Shown piece after piece: positions 49,040 through 62,672 of a DNA stretch of 64,000 bases. The notes beneath the pieces were generated by a model that had not been told where the DNA came from, made no database searches, and worked only from the letters and a program-made list of their open reading frames with translations. The stretch lies in assembly GCA_951406725.2 (NCBI GenBank), contig OX597817.1, positions 48,174,001 through 48,238,000 on the forward strand, read 5' to 3'. The DNA comes from Octopus vulgaris. Its lineage: Eukaryota. A program made the position numbers and the translations under genes. The stretch's first letter is position 1. Every line of letters starts with the position of its first letter.

Positions 49040-51463
49040 TGAGCATTATACTTTGTAAGACCATTATAAAAATAGAGACTAAATAAAAGATATTATTATC
49101 TATTCAATTGTCAGGTTTTGAATATTAATTAAGGGGATTTAGAAGAAATTTTTATGAGAAAATTTCTAGCAAAAAAAATATTAATTAGCACATATATCAA
49201 GAGCCTTTAAAACATTTTAAAATACAATGGAAGGGAATTAACCAAGATGGAAGTCTTTAGAATTAGGGATTATTAATTTAGTATTCAAGAATGAAATATG
49301 GTTTTTATGGGGTATAATAAATTAGGCCAGTTAGGGGTAATATTTATAAAAAAAGGGGGAAATTAGGTGTAGTAGAATTCTTGCAGAAATAGATATGGAA
49401 AGTACCATTTCAATTAAAACTTAATAATTTCACTAGATATATGGAATTTATGTAATAGTTATAGAAATTTTAAAATATTTTATTCTACTTCATTCAATTT
49501 ATTTATATTACTAAATCTTTTAATAATTAATATTTTTCCTATTTAATCTAGCTATTATAGTTCTTATATTTGGAAGAGTAGAGTATGATATTCTAACTGA
49601 TTTACGAGAAAATATTTTATAATATTTATGGGAAGCAGGGAAGTTTGTTTCTAGTATGGACATAAATTTGTCATATATGTTCGTAGAAATTACTCAGTTG
49701 AAAGGTATATTCAACCATACAATATTTGTACTTATGAAATTTTTTATTTGAGTAAGGGTAGGAAAGATTGGTGATATCCATATCCCTCAGAGTTTTGTTA
49801 TTATCTTCAGTCTTATACATATATTTAATAGGTTTTTTATCAGTGGGAGAGATTTTTATATTTTCATTTGTATTTATTTAACTTAACTTAATCTTTTTAT
49901 ACTTATTTGTGTCTTGTCTACCATTTCTATTATTTGTATCAGGTTTATATGATAGGTTATCTGTTTTGGTTGATTCATATTTTTTTAAAGTTGAAGATTC
50001 AGTTTGAGACATTTTTATTCATTTTCTTATTCGAAAGGCTTGTATTATCAAGATCTAGGAAGGCAATTTCCTGGTTATATCCTGCTCTAGATGAGGCAAC
50101 ATTGTAATGATATGAGTGAGAATTACAAATTTCATTGTTAGAAGATAATTTAGTAATTCTTCTCGAAATACTTTTAACTATCGATTTCAGTATATTTGGG
50201 GAGGGGGGTGATTTGATAATTTATTTACATATCTAGTAATTTCACCATCTTTTCTACATGGGTAATATAATTTCGAGTTTAAATCCAAAGTAACATCTAG
50301 AAAGTTAACTATCTTAGTGTTATATTCATAAGTAATACTTAAGTTGAAATCTTTGAAAAATCTACTAATTTTCTTTCTTATTCTCTCAATGATCGATTTA
50401 TTATTGCTAGGAACGATGAATAATGCATCATCCCTATATAAACCTCCTTGCAATTCAGGGATCTCTCTACTTAAAAATTTTAATAAGTTCCTACTAAATT
50501 AGTGACCTCCGCCGAGTCACTGGAGCCCATGGATATATCAAAATTATTTGGGGTATCAGCCCTGGTCCACAATTTTCCTTCAAATTCTATGATAGTTTTC
50601 CTAGCTAGTAAAATAATATCAATTTCTTCCCTAGTTATGAGAAAGAGGATTTTTTAGCGGAAATGAGTGATTTATTTAGGAGAATATGAGATATACTAGA
50701 ATAGTAATTATTAATGTCGAATTGGATGAAGGAATATCCGCTATTATTATTTAAAGATTTAAACCAATGGATTACCATGTCTGTGTTAATCCATAATTTC
50801 AAAGGAAGGCTAGGGATTATATGGGGCAGAATATTGTCCAAAATAGACTTAGTAAGCCGGCCAATATCCGACTTAGTTGGGCATATAAGTCTTACAGAAG
50901 GGTTGTCACAGAAATTTTTCTTGTGGTCTCAGATTAATTTGAGGTTCACACGGTGTTAATGGCTCTGTCCTGTCAACTAAATCGTATTTCATCATAACGT
51001 TTTTTATTTCTAAATTTATATCCCGCAAGTTCTTCCTTGTAGTTATTTTATATTTCAAGTTCAGTTTTGGTATCTGGTCGGTGTCTGGTCCAAAACGTAA
51101 TTTATAAATGTACAGAAATGACTTCAAATAATAGCTATTTTATTTTCGATGTTCAATAGACCTGAAGAAAAGTATAAACAACCATCTGTCTAGCTTTAGA
51201 CTTAAACATAAGGCAGGTTGCATAACGCTGTCTAGAAAAATTTGGGAGTTGAAAGAAAAAATATCGGATTTAGCCTTAAATGGGATATAATAAGACAGGC
51301 GCAGCCTTATAAGAATAGTAGAGATGGATGTGAACTTTATTCTATGGAGATATATGAAATTTTGAAATATAGGGATAATATAAACTTATTGAACAACCGT
51401 TTTGATCTAGGAGCATCTTGTATACACTGTGCCACCCGTACCTTTAGATATTTTAAAGAATAA
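49040..51463 (-). mobile_element. Penelope-like element (YRDD-type RT), decayed, with an inverted endonuclease-end fragment at about 51150-51463 (+)
   Basis: FIQFDINNYYSSI, FDISMGSSDSAEV, GGLYRDDALFIV, VNFLDVTLDL, YVNKLSNHPP on the minus strand; LKWDII..Y...CEL..E..IL..LLNNRFDLGASCIH on the plus strand. Confidence 0.8.
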
Positions 51464-51599
51464 CATTCTGGCTATTCCTATATATATATGTATGTATGCG
51501 TGTATATATATGTATGTATGTATGTGTGTATATATATTGCATATTTTCATTCATCAATAGATTGAGGGCGATGACTGAATACTTTTGATTTTAAATATC

Positions 51600-51790
51600 T
51601 CCACAAGAAGAAATCGCATTTCACAATTCCAGAAGAAATGATCCCCAGAGTTATCGATAACTTTCATGAACGTCTCCAACAGTGTGTTGACAATGATGGG
51701 AAGCATTTAGCTGATTTAATTTTTAAAACATAATGAAATAAAATGGCATTATATGTACATTCGGAAAATACAATTTTTCGTTTCATTATT
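51600..51790 (+). mobile_element. Tc1/mariner-superfamily transposase C-terminal remnant
   Basis: RVIDNFHERLQQCVDNDGKHLADLIFKT*. Confidence 0.5.
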
Positions 51791-51820
51791 TCTTATTTTG
51801 TGCTTTTAAGTATGTTTATA

Positions 51821-51894
<74 letters not shown>

Positions 51895-53282
51895 GATATT
51901 TCTTTACTACCCACAAGGGGCTACACACAGAGGGTCAAATAAGGACAGACAAACGGATTACGTCAACCCCAGTGCGTAACTGGTACTTAATTTATCGACC
52001 CCGAAAGGATGAAAGGCAAAGTCGACCTCGGCGGAATTTGAACTCAGAACGTAACGGCAGACGAAATACAGCTACGCATTTCGCCCAGCGTGCTAACGTT
52101 TCTGCCAGCTCGCCGCCTTTTGGCTGTGTGGTAGGTAGCTTGTTTACCAACCACATGGTTCTGGGTTCAGTCCCACTGCGTGGCACCTTGGGCAAGTGTC
52201 TTCTACTATAGCCCCGGGCCGACTAATGCCTTGTGAGTGGATTTGTTAGACGGAAACTGAAAGAAGCCCGTCGTATATATGTATATATATATATGCGTGT
52301 GTGTGTGTGTTTGTGTCTGTGTTTGTCCTCCTAGCATTGCTTGACAACCGATGCTGGTGTGTTTATGTCCCCGTTACTTAGCGGTTCGGCAAAAGAGACC
52401 GATAGAATAAGTACTGGGCTTACAAAGAATTAGTACCGGGGTCGAGTTGCTCGATTAAAGTCGGTGCTCCAGCATGGCCGTAGTCAAATGACTGAAACAT
52501 GTAAAAGAATAAAAGAATATATATATATATATATATGTGTATGTGTGTGTGTGTGTATGTATATATATACATGTATGAGTATATGTATATATATATGTAT
52601 ATATATACATACATGTGTGTGTATGTATGTATGAATGTATGTATATATGTATATATGTATGGTGAAAGTAACTAACTGTACTGAAGCTGGTGGTGGTGGT
52701 GGTTGTGGTAGTAGTAGTAGTAGTAGTAGTAGTTGTTGTTGTAGTAGTATTAGTATTAGTAGTAGCAGTAGTAGTAGTAGTAGCAGTAGTAGCTAGCAAA
52801 TGTACTGGAACTGGCAATAGCAACTACACTAATAGTAGTCGTGATATGGGTTTCGACAGCCTTGAATTCAGCGACGTCAAGTAGCTTCTATAAGCCACTG
52901 GTTTGACAAATCCCACTTGGAAGTTGAGATGGTCAATAGAAACTAACTACTAGCAGGTCATATGGTCCCCAGTTGAAAAATACTGATTTATGTCTGTGTT
53001 TGTATATATCATCATCATCATCATCATCATCATTTAGCGTCCGCTTTCCATGCTAGCAATTTCCATTGATGTTGATCGACTTCGAGTTTGGTTCTGATTT
53101 CCACTTGCCTCAACAGGCCTTCACAAGTGTAGATTTGTGTCCCAAGAAGGAAAGGTATGCATAAGTCGACTGGCTACATCCCAGGTAGAGGCCATGGGTT
53201 ATGGTCTCACTTGTCCCGCCGGGTCTTCTCACGCACAGCATACTTCCATAGGTCTCGGTCTCTAGTCATTTCCTTGGTGAGA

Positions 53283-53362
<80 letters not shown>

Positions 53363-53458
53363 TATATATATATACATATAATTAGGAAAAAAACCCACCT
53401 TTTATCAATTCAAAAGGAACAATTAAATTACACCATCTAGAAAATTACATACAATATA

Positions 53459-54363
53459 CAAGTGGGCTGAAAAGAATTGCATGCAGTTCAATGCTGAAAA
53501 GTTTCAAGCTTTATACTATCAGCATGCAAAATTAAATGCAATACCCAATAAATACACTGGACCTGGAGGGGTTGCACTCCCAGAGATACAATCAGTGCGA
53601 GACCTGGGTATTTACATGAGTGATGATGCAACCTTTCATGTGCATGTTGCTAAATTGGCAATGAAATGTAGGCGGCTGACCGGATGGATTCTTAGAACTT
53701 TTAGAACAAGAGACCAGGAAACCGTGATGGTCCTCTGGAGGACACTTGTCCTCAGCCACTTTGACTATTGCTCTCAGCTATGGTCACCATCCAGTGTCAA
53801 GTTAATCACAGAACTTGAGGCGATCCAACGAAGCTACACGAAGAAGATAGCCTCTGTGCAGCGTATAAGCTATTGGGAAAGACTGAGGAGATTGAGACTC
53901 TATTCCTTGGAGCGTAGGCGAGAAAGATATGCCATAAAATACATCTGGAAGATCCTAGAAGGACTTGTCCCAAACTTTGGCATCGAGAGTTACACAAATG
54001 CCAGAACTGGGCGCCACTGCATAGTGCCAAGGACTCCAAATTTGCCATCAATATGTAGGACAAGATACTGTGATAGCCTGGGCTTCCGAGGCCCACAGCT
54101 CTTCAGTATCCTCCCGAAGAACCTAAGAGATCTGCATGGGGTGGATGCAGATGTCTTTAAAATGAAACTGGATCTCTTCTTGTCAGGTGTCCCAGATGAA
54201 CGAACGTCACGGCAGGAGGTGCAGATGAGGGCAGCTGCATCGAACTCTCTCATGCACCAGATGGCATTTGCTAAAAAGCATTCGTGAAATAAAATCATGT
54301 AGCAACACCAAATGGCGGTGCCCCAGCATGGCCACAGCTTGTGAGCTGAAACTAAAAAAAAAA
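53459..54363 (+). mobile_element. 5-prime-truncated CR1 LINE (268-aa open C-terminal ORF2, 3-prime stem-loop, A tail)
   Basis: MQFNAEK, RDLGI, ILRTF, LVLSHFDYCSQLWSP, LEAIQR, SYWERL..LYSLERRRER. Confidence 0.9.
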
Positions 54364-56453
54364 AGAAATATTAAAATGAAAATAACAATAAAATGTCAAT
54401 GAGTAAGTAAATTGCAAAAAATAACAATAATTATTTATTATTTTATTATTTTTATTATTATTATTATTATTATTATATGCAATTTACTTAATCATTGACA
54501 TTTTATTGTCATTTTAATTTTAATATTTCTATTATATGTAATTTTCTAGATGGTGTAATTTAATTGTTCATTTTGAATTGATAAAAGGTGGGTTTTTTCT
54601 AATTTTATATATATATATATCATATTGTGTGAAATTTCGTTTTTGGATTAGGTATGCACACACACACTGACCCACACATTTGCGCACAAAACTGAAAGAA
54701 GCCCGTCGTATATATGTAAATACATATATGTGTGTGTGTGCCTGTATGTTTGGGTGTCTGTGTTTGTCCCCCTAGCATTGCTTGACAACTGATGCTGGTG
54801 TGTTTATGTCCCTGTCACTTAGCGGTTCGGCAAAAGAGACTGATAGAATAAGTACTGGGCTTACAAAGAATAAGTCCCGGGGTCGAGTTGCTCGATTAAA
54901 GGCAGTGCTCCAGCATGGCCGCAGTCAAATGACTGAAACAAGTAAAAGAGTAAAAGAGAATAAGTTTTGTGATATATCTGCTGCTTTTCAGTAAAGCATA
55001 GTCCTCTACCTCTGGCATTCGAGTACTATATCTTCCATTTTGTTTCACATTTATGTGCTCCTTTCAGGGCTATCTGCTTGATCTAAAAGGCTTCTCACAT
55101 TCCAATAGGCCAGGTTAAGAGAAACTTTATTCCTTGCATACATGTTATCGTTGTTTGTATCAGTTCTTTGTTCATTCCTGCTAAATTAAACCACCGTTCA
55201 CCGCAGTAAACTAACCAGCAGAGGAACGACAGACAATTTTTATTGCACTTTTTGTAGCACTTTTCCAGTGTATCTAGGTGAGAAATGTTCTCCTTGAAAG
55301 AGCTGCCCAGACAGAATATTCTCTACGGAAAACAGTTCCTGTCCATGAAAACATGTTAGTGATTGTTAAGACAAGAACCCTGCCGCCTTTTGTGCAGATT
55401 TGTAACTGTATGTTTCCAACAGGCCAAGGCTGCATTTATGTTGCTACAATCCTTAACACTGCATCAAGAACATTAAAATGCGTTTTCCAAAAATCATTCA
55501 GTGTCAAATCATTTGAAGAAACGATCTCGAAAGCGTTTATGAAAAGGAATCTTTATAGTGAGTGTTCTTTTAGAAACGATCGGAAGTGACCTGCTGGTCT
55601 GATGGACAGTGAAATGGAAATGTGGTGTGAGGCAATAAATTTACTTTTACAAATCTCAGCTATTCTGCAGCTGGTCCATCAAATAAGGAGAGTGTGCTGG
55701 GGCCAAAAGTCCTTTGACCAGAAATGCCTTGAGAAAAATGTATGAAACAGCTCGGCTTGCAAGATACATTCTAGCCCTATAAAACCCTGGTGTTTTAGGG
55801 GCTCCATAAGCCTGTTGGACGTGGATCTCAGGGCACTCGCCTCCTTTATTCCTGAACTACTAAATTTATGACAATGGAAGTTGACATATGTATAGACAAT
55901 TGATAGGTAAATATTTCTGCATTATAAAAATCTTGTTGACGTCGGCCATTCTTCTGATGACATCATCAGTTGTTCTCAGATGAGCTAAAATTTAGGTCTC
56001 CTATAGTGTTCAAAATGTCTTCCAAAACCAGTAAGACAATGACCATGAAACTTTACAGGGATATGGGTACAGCACAGGAAAAAAAAATTTTAATAATTTT
56101 AAAAATGACGTCATCAAATTTATCCAATTTAAAACAAGAAACATTTTGCCTTTCTATTTGTTGAAAGTTTCCAGGAACTACTCATACTATGATATGAAAT
56201 TTGGCGAGAATATACATCAGTAGCAAACAAATATTTTTTTTGTAACAGCAATTTTGCTATTGTTTCTATTGTATAATCAAATTTTATTTAACCAGACAGA
56301 AAAATTAAGTGGTAAGTAGCTTGCTTACCAGCCACATGGTTCCGAGTTCAGTCCCACTGCGTGGCTTCTTGGGAAAGTGTCTTCTACTATAGCCTCGGGC
56401 CGAAAATTGCCTTTTGAGTGGATTTGGTTGACGGAAACTGAAAGAAGCCTGTC

Positions 56454-56503
<50 letters not shown>

Positions 56504-58147
56504 ATATGTTTGTGTGTCTGTGTTTGTCCCCCTAGCATTGCTTGACAACCGATGCTGGTGTGTTTACGTCCCCGTAACTTAGCGGTTCGGCAAAAAGAGA
56601 CCGATAGAGTACGTACTGGGCTTACAAGGAATAAGTCTCAGGGTCGATTTGCTCTAAAGGCGGTGCTCCACCATGGCCGCAGTCAAATGACTGAAACAAG
56701 TAAAAGAGAGAAAAGAGAGATATACCACCTGTTCAACTCCTACCGTTTCTAGGGCAACGAAGAAAACTTTTTTCGAAATCAGTGATATGAGCTTTTAGCA
56801 GGATAAATTTCAGGCTAAGTAACCCAGTTTCAGAGAAAAATCTTCTTTCGAAAGTTATGAAAATAATAATAAAAAAAAGGCTCAGAGAGTCCTTTTTACC
56901 AGGCATAACAGGGTTAAAAGAATAACTCAAAAACGTAGAAGAGAAGAAGAGATCACTTGAAAATCCAGTGGCTTCAATATCTGCTCGCGCAGATGTGCTG
57001 CAACGGTCATCGTCAGCTGCTGGTATCTTAGTAACGCTTACCCGCATCACGTTCCACTCGTTCGCTCTGACGTCGAAACAAATCATTTGGAGCATAACAC
57101 ACACACGAGCTCGATCGAGCCGGCCGGTGGATAGTCGTTTCTTTCCTTCTCGTGCCACATGCCAAAGCTTCGAATGGTACTTCTTACTCTCATGATACAG
57201 TGTAAAATTAAACAACCCGTACTGGTTTTATGAACGCAGTATATTTATGTTTAGCATCTGGTACTATTTTGTGTTCGTGAAGAGCAGTCGTAAGATGGAG
57301 AGAGTGTAACATATCAACACACCATTTAAGATATATCTAGAATTCACCTCACATTTATACGTAGACTGCGTCAAAGAAATTTTCTTGTTATATAACTATT
57401 CGTAAAGCGGCGAGCTGGCAGAATCGTTGGCACGCCCAACAGAATGCTTAGCGACATTTCATCCGTCTTTACATTCTGAGTTCAAATTCCGTTGAGGTCG
57501 ACTTTACCTTTCATCCTTCCGGGGTCGATAACATAAGTATCAGTTGAACACTGCCGTCATTGTAATAGACTTATCTCCTTCCCCGAGCTTGATGGACTTG
57601 TACCAAAATTTGAAATCGTTATATTAATTATTCGTAGTTGTTGCGGCAACATTATACACTAAATACCCTACATTGAATAACCTATACTGCACTTTACCAA
57701 ATGGCTTACAGTATTTTGCTAAGTTTTCAAAGTAACTATTTTTATTCGATCTATTTCTTGCTCTCACAGCATAAAATTAACCTCATTATTTCAATCAGTT
57801 TACATACAAGTTTTGTTCTCTCAGATTCCATTGTTTTATATTTCATTTCGTAGATTACTAAACTTTCAATTTCTCTTATTTCTATTCAAGAATATCTTTT
57901 CTTTTACTTGTTTCAATCATTAGACTGCAGCCAAGCTGAGGCATCACTTTCAAGAATTTTAGACGAACGAAATCAACCCCAGCACTTGTCTTTTTAAAGC
58001 TTGGTGCTTATTCTATCGGTCTCTTTGCTGAGCCGCGAAGCACATGAGCACATCCAAACCAGTTGTCAAGCAGTGATGGAGACAAACACAGACAATATGT
58101 ACCCTAATATTTTTACCAGAGATCAATCCTATAGCCACTACACACGC

Positions 58148-58233
<86 letters not shown>

Positions 58234-58791
58234 TCATTTTCCGTCTAACAAGTAGAAATGTAATGGAAAATTGGTCAGTTTCAAAACATTGATGTTCAGG
58301 TCAGAAAAGCAAAGTTTGAAGGCAATTGTAGTCATTTATAAACATCGTTTTATTGAAGCGAAGTATATTTACATAATGAACTGTATAAATCTACTAGAAA
58401 TTCAGTCTTAATTCGTATTTCATCTAATATATATAAGATATAAAATATTTTCAAATTTCATACGAGTTTGTAATAAAAATTAAGCAATTCATAATTTTAT
58501 AATGGCATATTTTAATAAGATTACTTAGCAAAGCTTTAAAAATTTTCAATTGATTTCTTAAGAGTGGTAGTAATACATTTCTACGTATTTTTACGTAATT
58601 TATTCAGTTAAGCGATAAAACTTCATAAAGGGTAATAAGAAAATATGTAAAAGATTGATGAAGAGCAAACTATTAAAAAACACCCAAAGAATGGCAAAAT
58701 TCCGAGAACAATAAGTGACATTTTAAATAGTTTAAATTTTCAATCGAAAAATACCCATCATCTTGTTTGTTTCTCCTTCTCAGTTATTTAA

Positions 58792-59738
58792 TTAACATTT
58801 CCAATTCCTGAATTCTGAAATTTTGTCCAATGGAACTGGATTCTGAATCCATTGCAAAGCTTGAGACACAGTCACAATCCATACATCGTTATTGTGGGAA
58901 ACTTCTTTCAAAAATGTTTGCAATGCAGCTAAATTCTTCATAAGCCATGCCATATGCAAAAATATGCCGAAAGGTGCCTTATTTCTTTTGTAATGGCGAT
59001 TAAAGTTGTATTTCAAGTAACTTATGACATCCTTTGAGTTTTGAGGAACTCTATTTTCATCAGTCATTGAAAAAGAATCATCTCCTGCTTCATTGTACCA
59101 ACGATTAAGAGGGAATTCCCAAAATCCTGGATATGAGTTATTTGGGCAGACTCTAAGTTGGCAATATTTTTTGATAACCGGGTAATCAAGTGTAAAGGGC
59201 CATATTGGTATTTCTGTAGTATTAGAAAATGAACCTGTTACCATCGAAGTATCGTAGAGAAATTCATTAAGTTTCAAAGTTCCAAACTGGGTGTCGCCCC
59301 CTTGTTCAAGATACGGTGAACGATATCCTACAATTTTTTCTTTTGGAATACTGGCCTCTTCACTAAGCCAGTTTTTCATGCCAACAATTTCACGATAATA
59401 ATCACTGGAATTAGCATTATTCCAGTATGTAGATGGGAGTCTATGCGTTTGGGTGTGAGTAGCTATTTCATGCTTTAGGTCATATAATTCTTTCACGAGA
59501 GCAGGATCAGAATATTTGCTGTCGGACACGTAAAACGTTGCTCCAACAGGACAGCCGTTTGGATTGGTTAGGTTCATGCTAAACAAATTTCTGTAATAAT
59601 CGAAAGTTTGCCAGTAAATTCCGTCGTCAAAAGTCAATAGAATTATCTGCGGAGTTGCATTTGTTGGAAGGGAGCCTGGAATTTCCGTCCCAGGGCATTT
59701 ACATTTCGGTAGCTTGCAACGTTCTGGTTGACAGGGAC
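58792..59738 (-). CDS. Chitin deacetylase gene B, coding exon 2 (CE4 catalytic domain); joined protein 600 aa
   Basis: TTTGCAG acceptor at 59739. GPCQPERCKLPKCKC start; TFDDG, NPNGCP, HEIATHTQTH, RSPYL, YDTS, WPFTLD, MTD, FLH; TAA at 58794-58792. Confidence 0.95.
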
Positions 59739-61621
59739 CTGCAAAGTAAAAAAAACCATAAAATCAAACCAAAAGATGAAAGTTTTTTTTTTTTAATGGA
59801 TACGAACACACATCTGCTAACTAACTCTTATATGGAATGAGGCCTAGAGCTATTGGTCTACAATAATAAAAAACGGAACAGGAGTTCCAACCATTGATAC
59901 GGGTGTAAAAATGCAATTATACAAACAATAGGGGAAATCTGTGGAATCAGAGAACACGGCACAAAAATTTCATTTGTCGTGGGGATTTTGGAAGGTTGTT
60001 CATCAACAGAGAGCAGAATGATGCAGTTATCTTGTAAACATAACCATTTATACGATTATTGCTATCGGAGAAAAATAAATAATTATATAACACTATAAAT
60101 TAATCATTTCAAAGATCACTGAAATTCTTCGTGAAAATACATAGATCTGAACGTGTATGTTATGCATAGAAATACACCCGGTGAACGCCGCTGTTAAAGC
60201 GACTCCATGGCTTGCTTATCGAGGAATATCAGTGAACGCAGTTCTTTTCTAATATCGTAGAGAGATTTCCATCAACGTTAACTATACTTCATTTTAGCTG
60301 AATGGTTATTAACTAAACTTAAGCTATCTGACGCATTTATATCAGTCAATGTATATTACACAGTAATATAATGGTATATATTTTATCAAACCGGATAGGA
60401 GGAAAGGCAAAGCAGACCTCGGCAGAATTTGAACTCAGAGCATAAAGACGCAAGAAAGGCCGCTAAGCATTTAGCCGAACACGCTAAAGAATATGCTAGC
60501 TCTCCGCCTTCAGTTCTTTTGTAATAATATGGGGAGATTTCCACCAATGTTAACAATACCTCATTTTAGTTGAATGGCTCTTAACTAAACTTAACCTATC
60601 TGACGCATTCATATCAGGCAATGTATATTACACAGACCACTTGAGCTGATGTTTGTGGAATACAAAACTTAACTCTCCATTTTATCCCGTTATTTGAATG
60701 TTTAAACAATCGAAGTGAGATGGGTGCTCGCCAATAAACAAAAACAGCCAAGGCGACAATGCAGAATGGGCAGTGCTTTATATTCATCGTATCTGCAGGG
60801 GTGTTTTTGGAGAAGTATATTCGGAAACCATGAACTGTCATTCACGAATCTGATTTCATATGACATGTTTTGCTTATAAAGAAAAATTTCTTGCAAACAT
60901 TGTTTTCAAGTTTAATTTATTTTCTAGTTTAAATCTCTTCTATGTCATTGCTTCGGTGGCGTTTATTTTTTGTTATCTATGCAGAATATTACAGAATATA
61001 CTTTCATTTTGGTTTTCCGCCCTCGTCACTTCCAGTTGTGACAGTATTACTCATTTTATCGCCAATTACTCTCATTATTTTATGACTCAAAACTATGTTG
61101 ATCCTGATTACCAGAGTTTACTGGAGCAACAGGAGATAAAATACCCTATTCAAAAACCCAACCCGCAACACAGTTCGAGAATTGAGTCCAAAGTCACCTT
61201 TTCAGGATGAAATATAGTAGTTAAAATGACTATATCCTATACTATATACAATACCTCTTATCTAAAATAATCTATTAAACTTGTACACAAGATCGTTAAC
61301 AGGTGGTGAATTACAATTTCGGATATAAACTCATGTTTTACGCCGTTTAATATTTTAAGAAATGGTCGTTCGTAAGAAGCAACATAAAATCGATAAATGA
61401 CTGCTTAGAATAGGAAATATTTTAAGCTTAAAAGATAAGAGAAAGAACAGCAGTTTTGAATAAATACCAAATTCAGAGTGTTGTAAACTGGATTATATAT
61501 AACTCTAGTTCGACAATCAGAGACCACTTATTTCTTATTGAGTTACTACTGTGGCAAGAGATAAAAACATCACTGGAAGAAGAGATTTGGTACATAAAAT
61601 TCTTGAAAATATATTACTTAC

Positions 61622-62477
61622 CAGTGAGTTGGGGTTTAGAAGTAGTGGTTTTTGACTGATCATCCTGGTTGTGGCACTTGACAGCGTTTGGAATATTTGA
61701 ACAGGTACAGATGCTAGCTACTGGATTGAAATGAGATCCTTCAGGACAAGTTTTTAATGCGCCTGTTTCAAATCCCGTACAAAGATAGAATAGGGAATTG
61801 TTTGTTTCATGGCACTTATATTCATTGCTTTTTCTACAGCTTTTCAGAGAATTTGATGGTTTAGAAGTAATTTGAGAATGAGTTGATGGTTTAGAAGTAG
61901 TTTGAGGATGAGTTGATGGTTTAGAAGTAGTTTGAGATTGAGTTGATGGTTTAGAAGTAGTTTGAGAATGAGTTGAAGGTTTAGAAGTAGTTTGAGGATG
62001 AGTTGATGGTTTAGAAGTAGTTTGAGATTGAGTTGATGGTTTAGAAGTAGTTTGAGAATGAGTTGATGGTTTAGAAGTAGTGGTTGACAAAATTTTACTG
62101 AGTGTTGAACTTCGCTTGAAAGGAACACTGTGAGTGGTAACTACAGACTTTGTAGGTGATTTGGTAGTAGCTCCAACATCATGGGTGGTTTTTGACTGAT
62201 CTCTCTGTGTTTTGCAATAGCCATCGCCATCGACTTCCCAGTCACAGACGTTATACTGTGGATTGAATTCTAGTCCATTACCACAATTTAGCAATATGCC
62301 GTGTTTAGGTCCTGTACAATGATAGAATTTGGAATCGTCTGTTTCATGGCACTTATATTCACCGGCTTCTGTACAGCTTTCCTGAGAATATGATGGAATA
62401 ATAAATAAGACATGGAGCAAAATTAATGACAGCCAAAATGTGTGTTGGCGTCTCTGGTAAAAACTTTGAAAGCCCAT
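61622..62477 (-). CDS. Chitin deacetylase gene B, coding exon 1 (signal peptide, CBM14, mucin-like repeat, second CBM14)
   Basis: ATG 62477; FWLSLILLHVLFIIPSYS signal; two Cys-rich domains (CHETDDSKFYHC..CGNGLEFNPQYNVCDW and CHETNNSLFYLC..CPEGSHFNPVASIC); donor G|GTAAGT at 61621 (phase 1). Confidence 0.92.
61854..62081 (-). repeat. Coding 30-bp tandem repeat TTSKPST(H/Q)(S/P)Q, 7 copies plus a partial
   Basis: TTAGAAGTAGTTTGAG..TGAGTTGATGGT units are visible in register. Confidence 0.97.
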
Positions 62478-62562
62478 TTCGATGAACTATTTGTCAATAT
62501 AAATATATATATATATATATATTGATTAAAGTGTTATGCATAAAGTCTGAAGTTTAGGCTGC

Positions 62563-62672
62563 GACTGAAATTGCTTGATTTCTTTATTGCTTTTATACAC
62601 TTTGTAACATAGAACGAACCACAATGACTATTAATGGGGAGGTTACGTATAACTTTTTAAAAAATTCCGCCC
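62563..62672 (-). promoter_or_regulatory. Predicted core promoter of gene B
   Basis: GGGCGG at 62672-62667, TATAAAAG starting at 62597, Inr-like TCAGTC at 62568-62563 (A at 62566, 31 nt downstream). Confidence 0.65.

Noticed and set aside
55080-57215. Possible decayed DNA transposon or Kelch-like exon (ICFDVRANEW in ORF 56733..57215)
   Set aside because: No convincing motifs, termini or splice context; left unassigned.
58792-62477. Gene B as an assembly duplicate or allele of gene A
   Set aside because: Different domain number, extensive coding divergence and distinct insertions show true paralogy.
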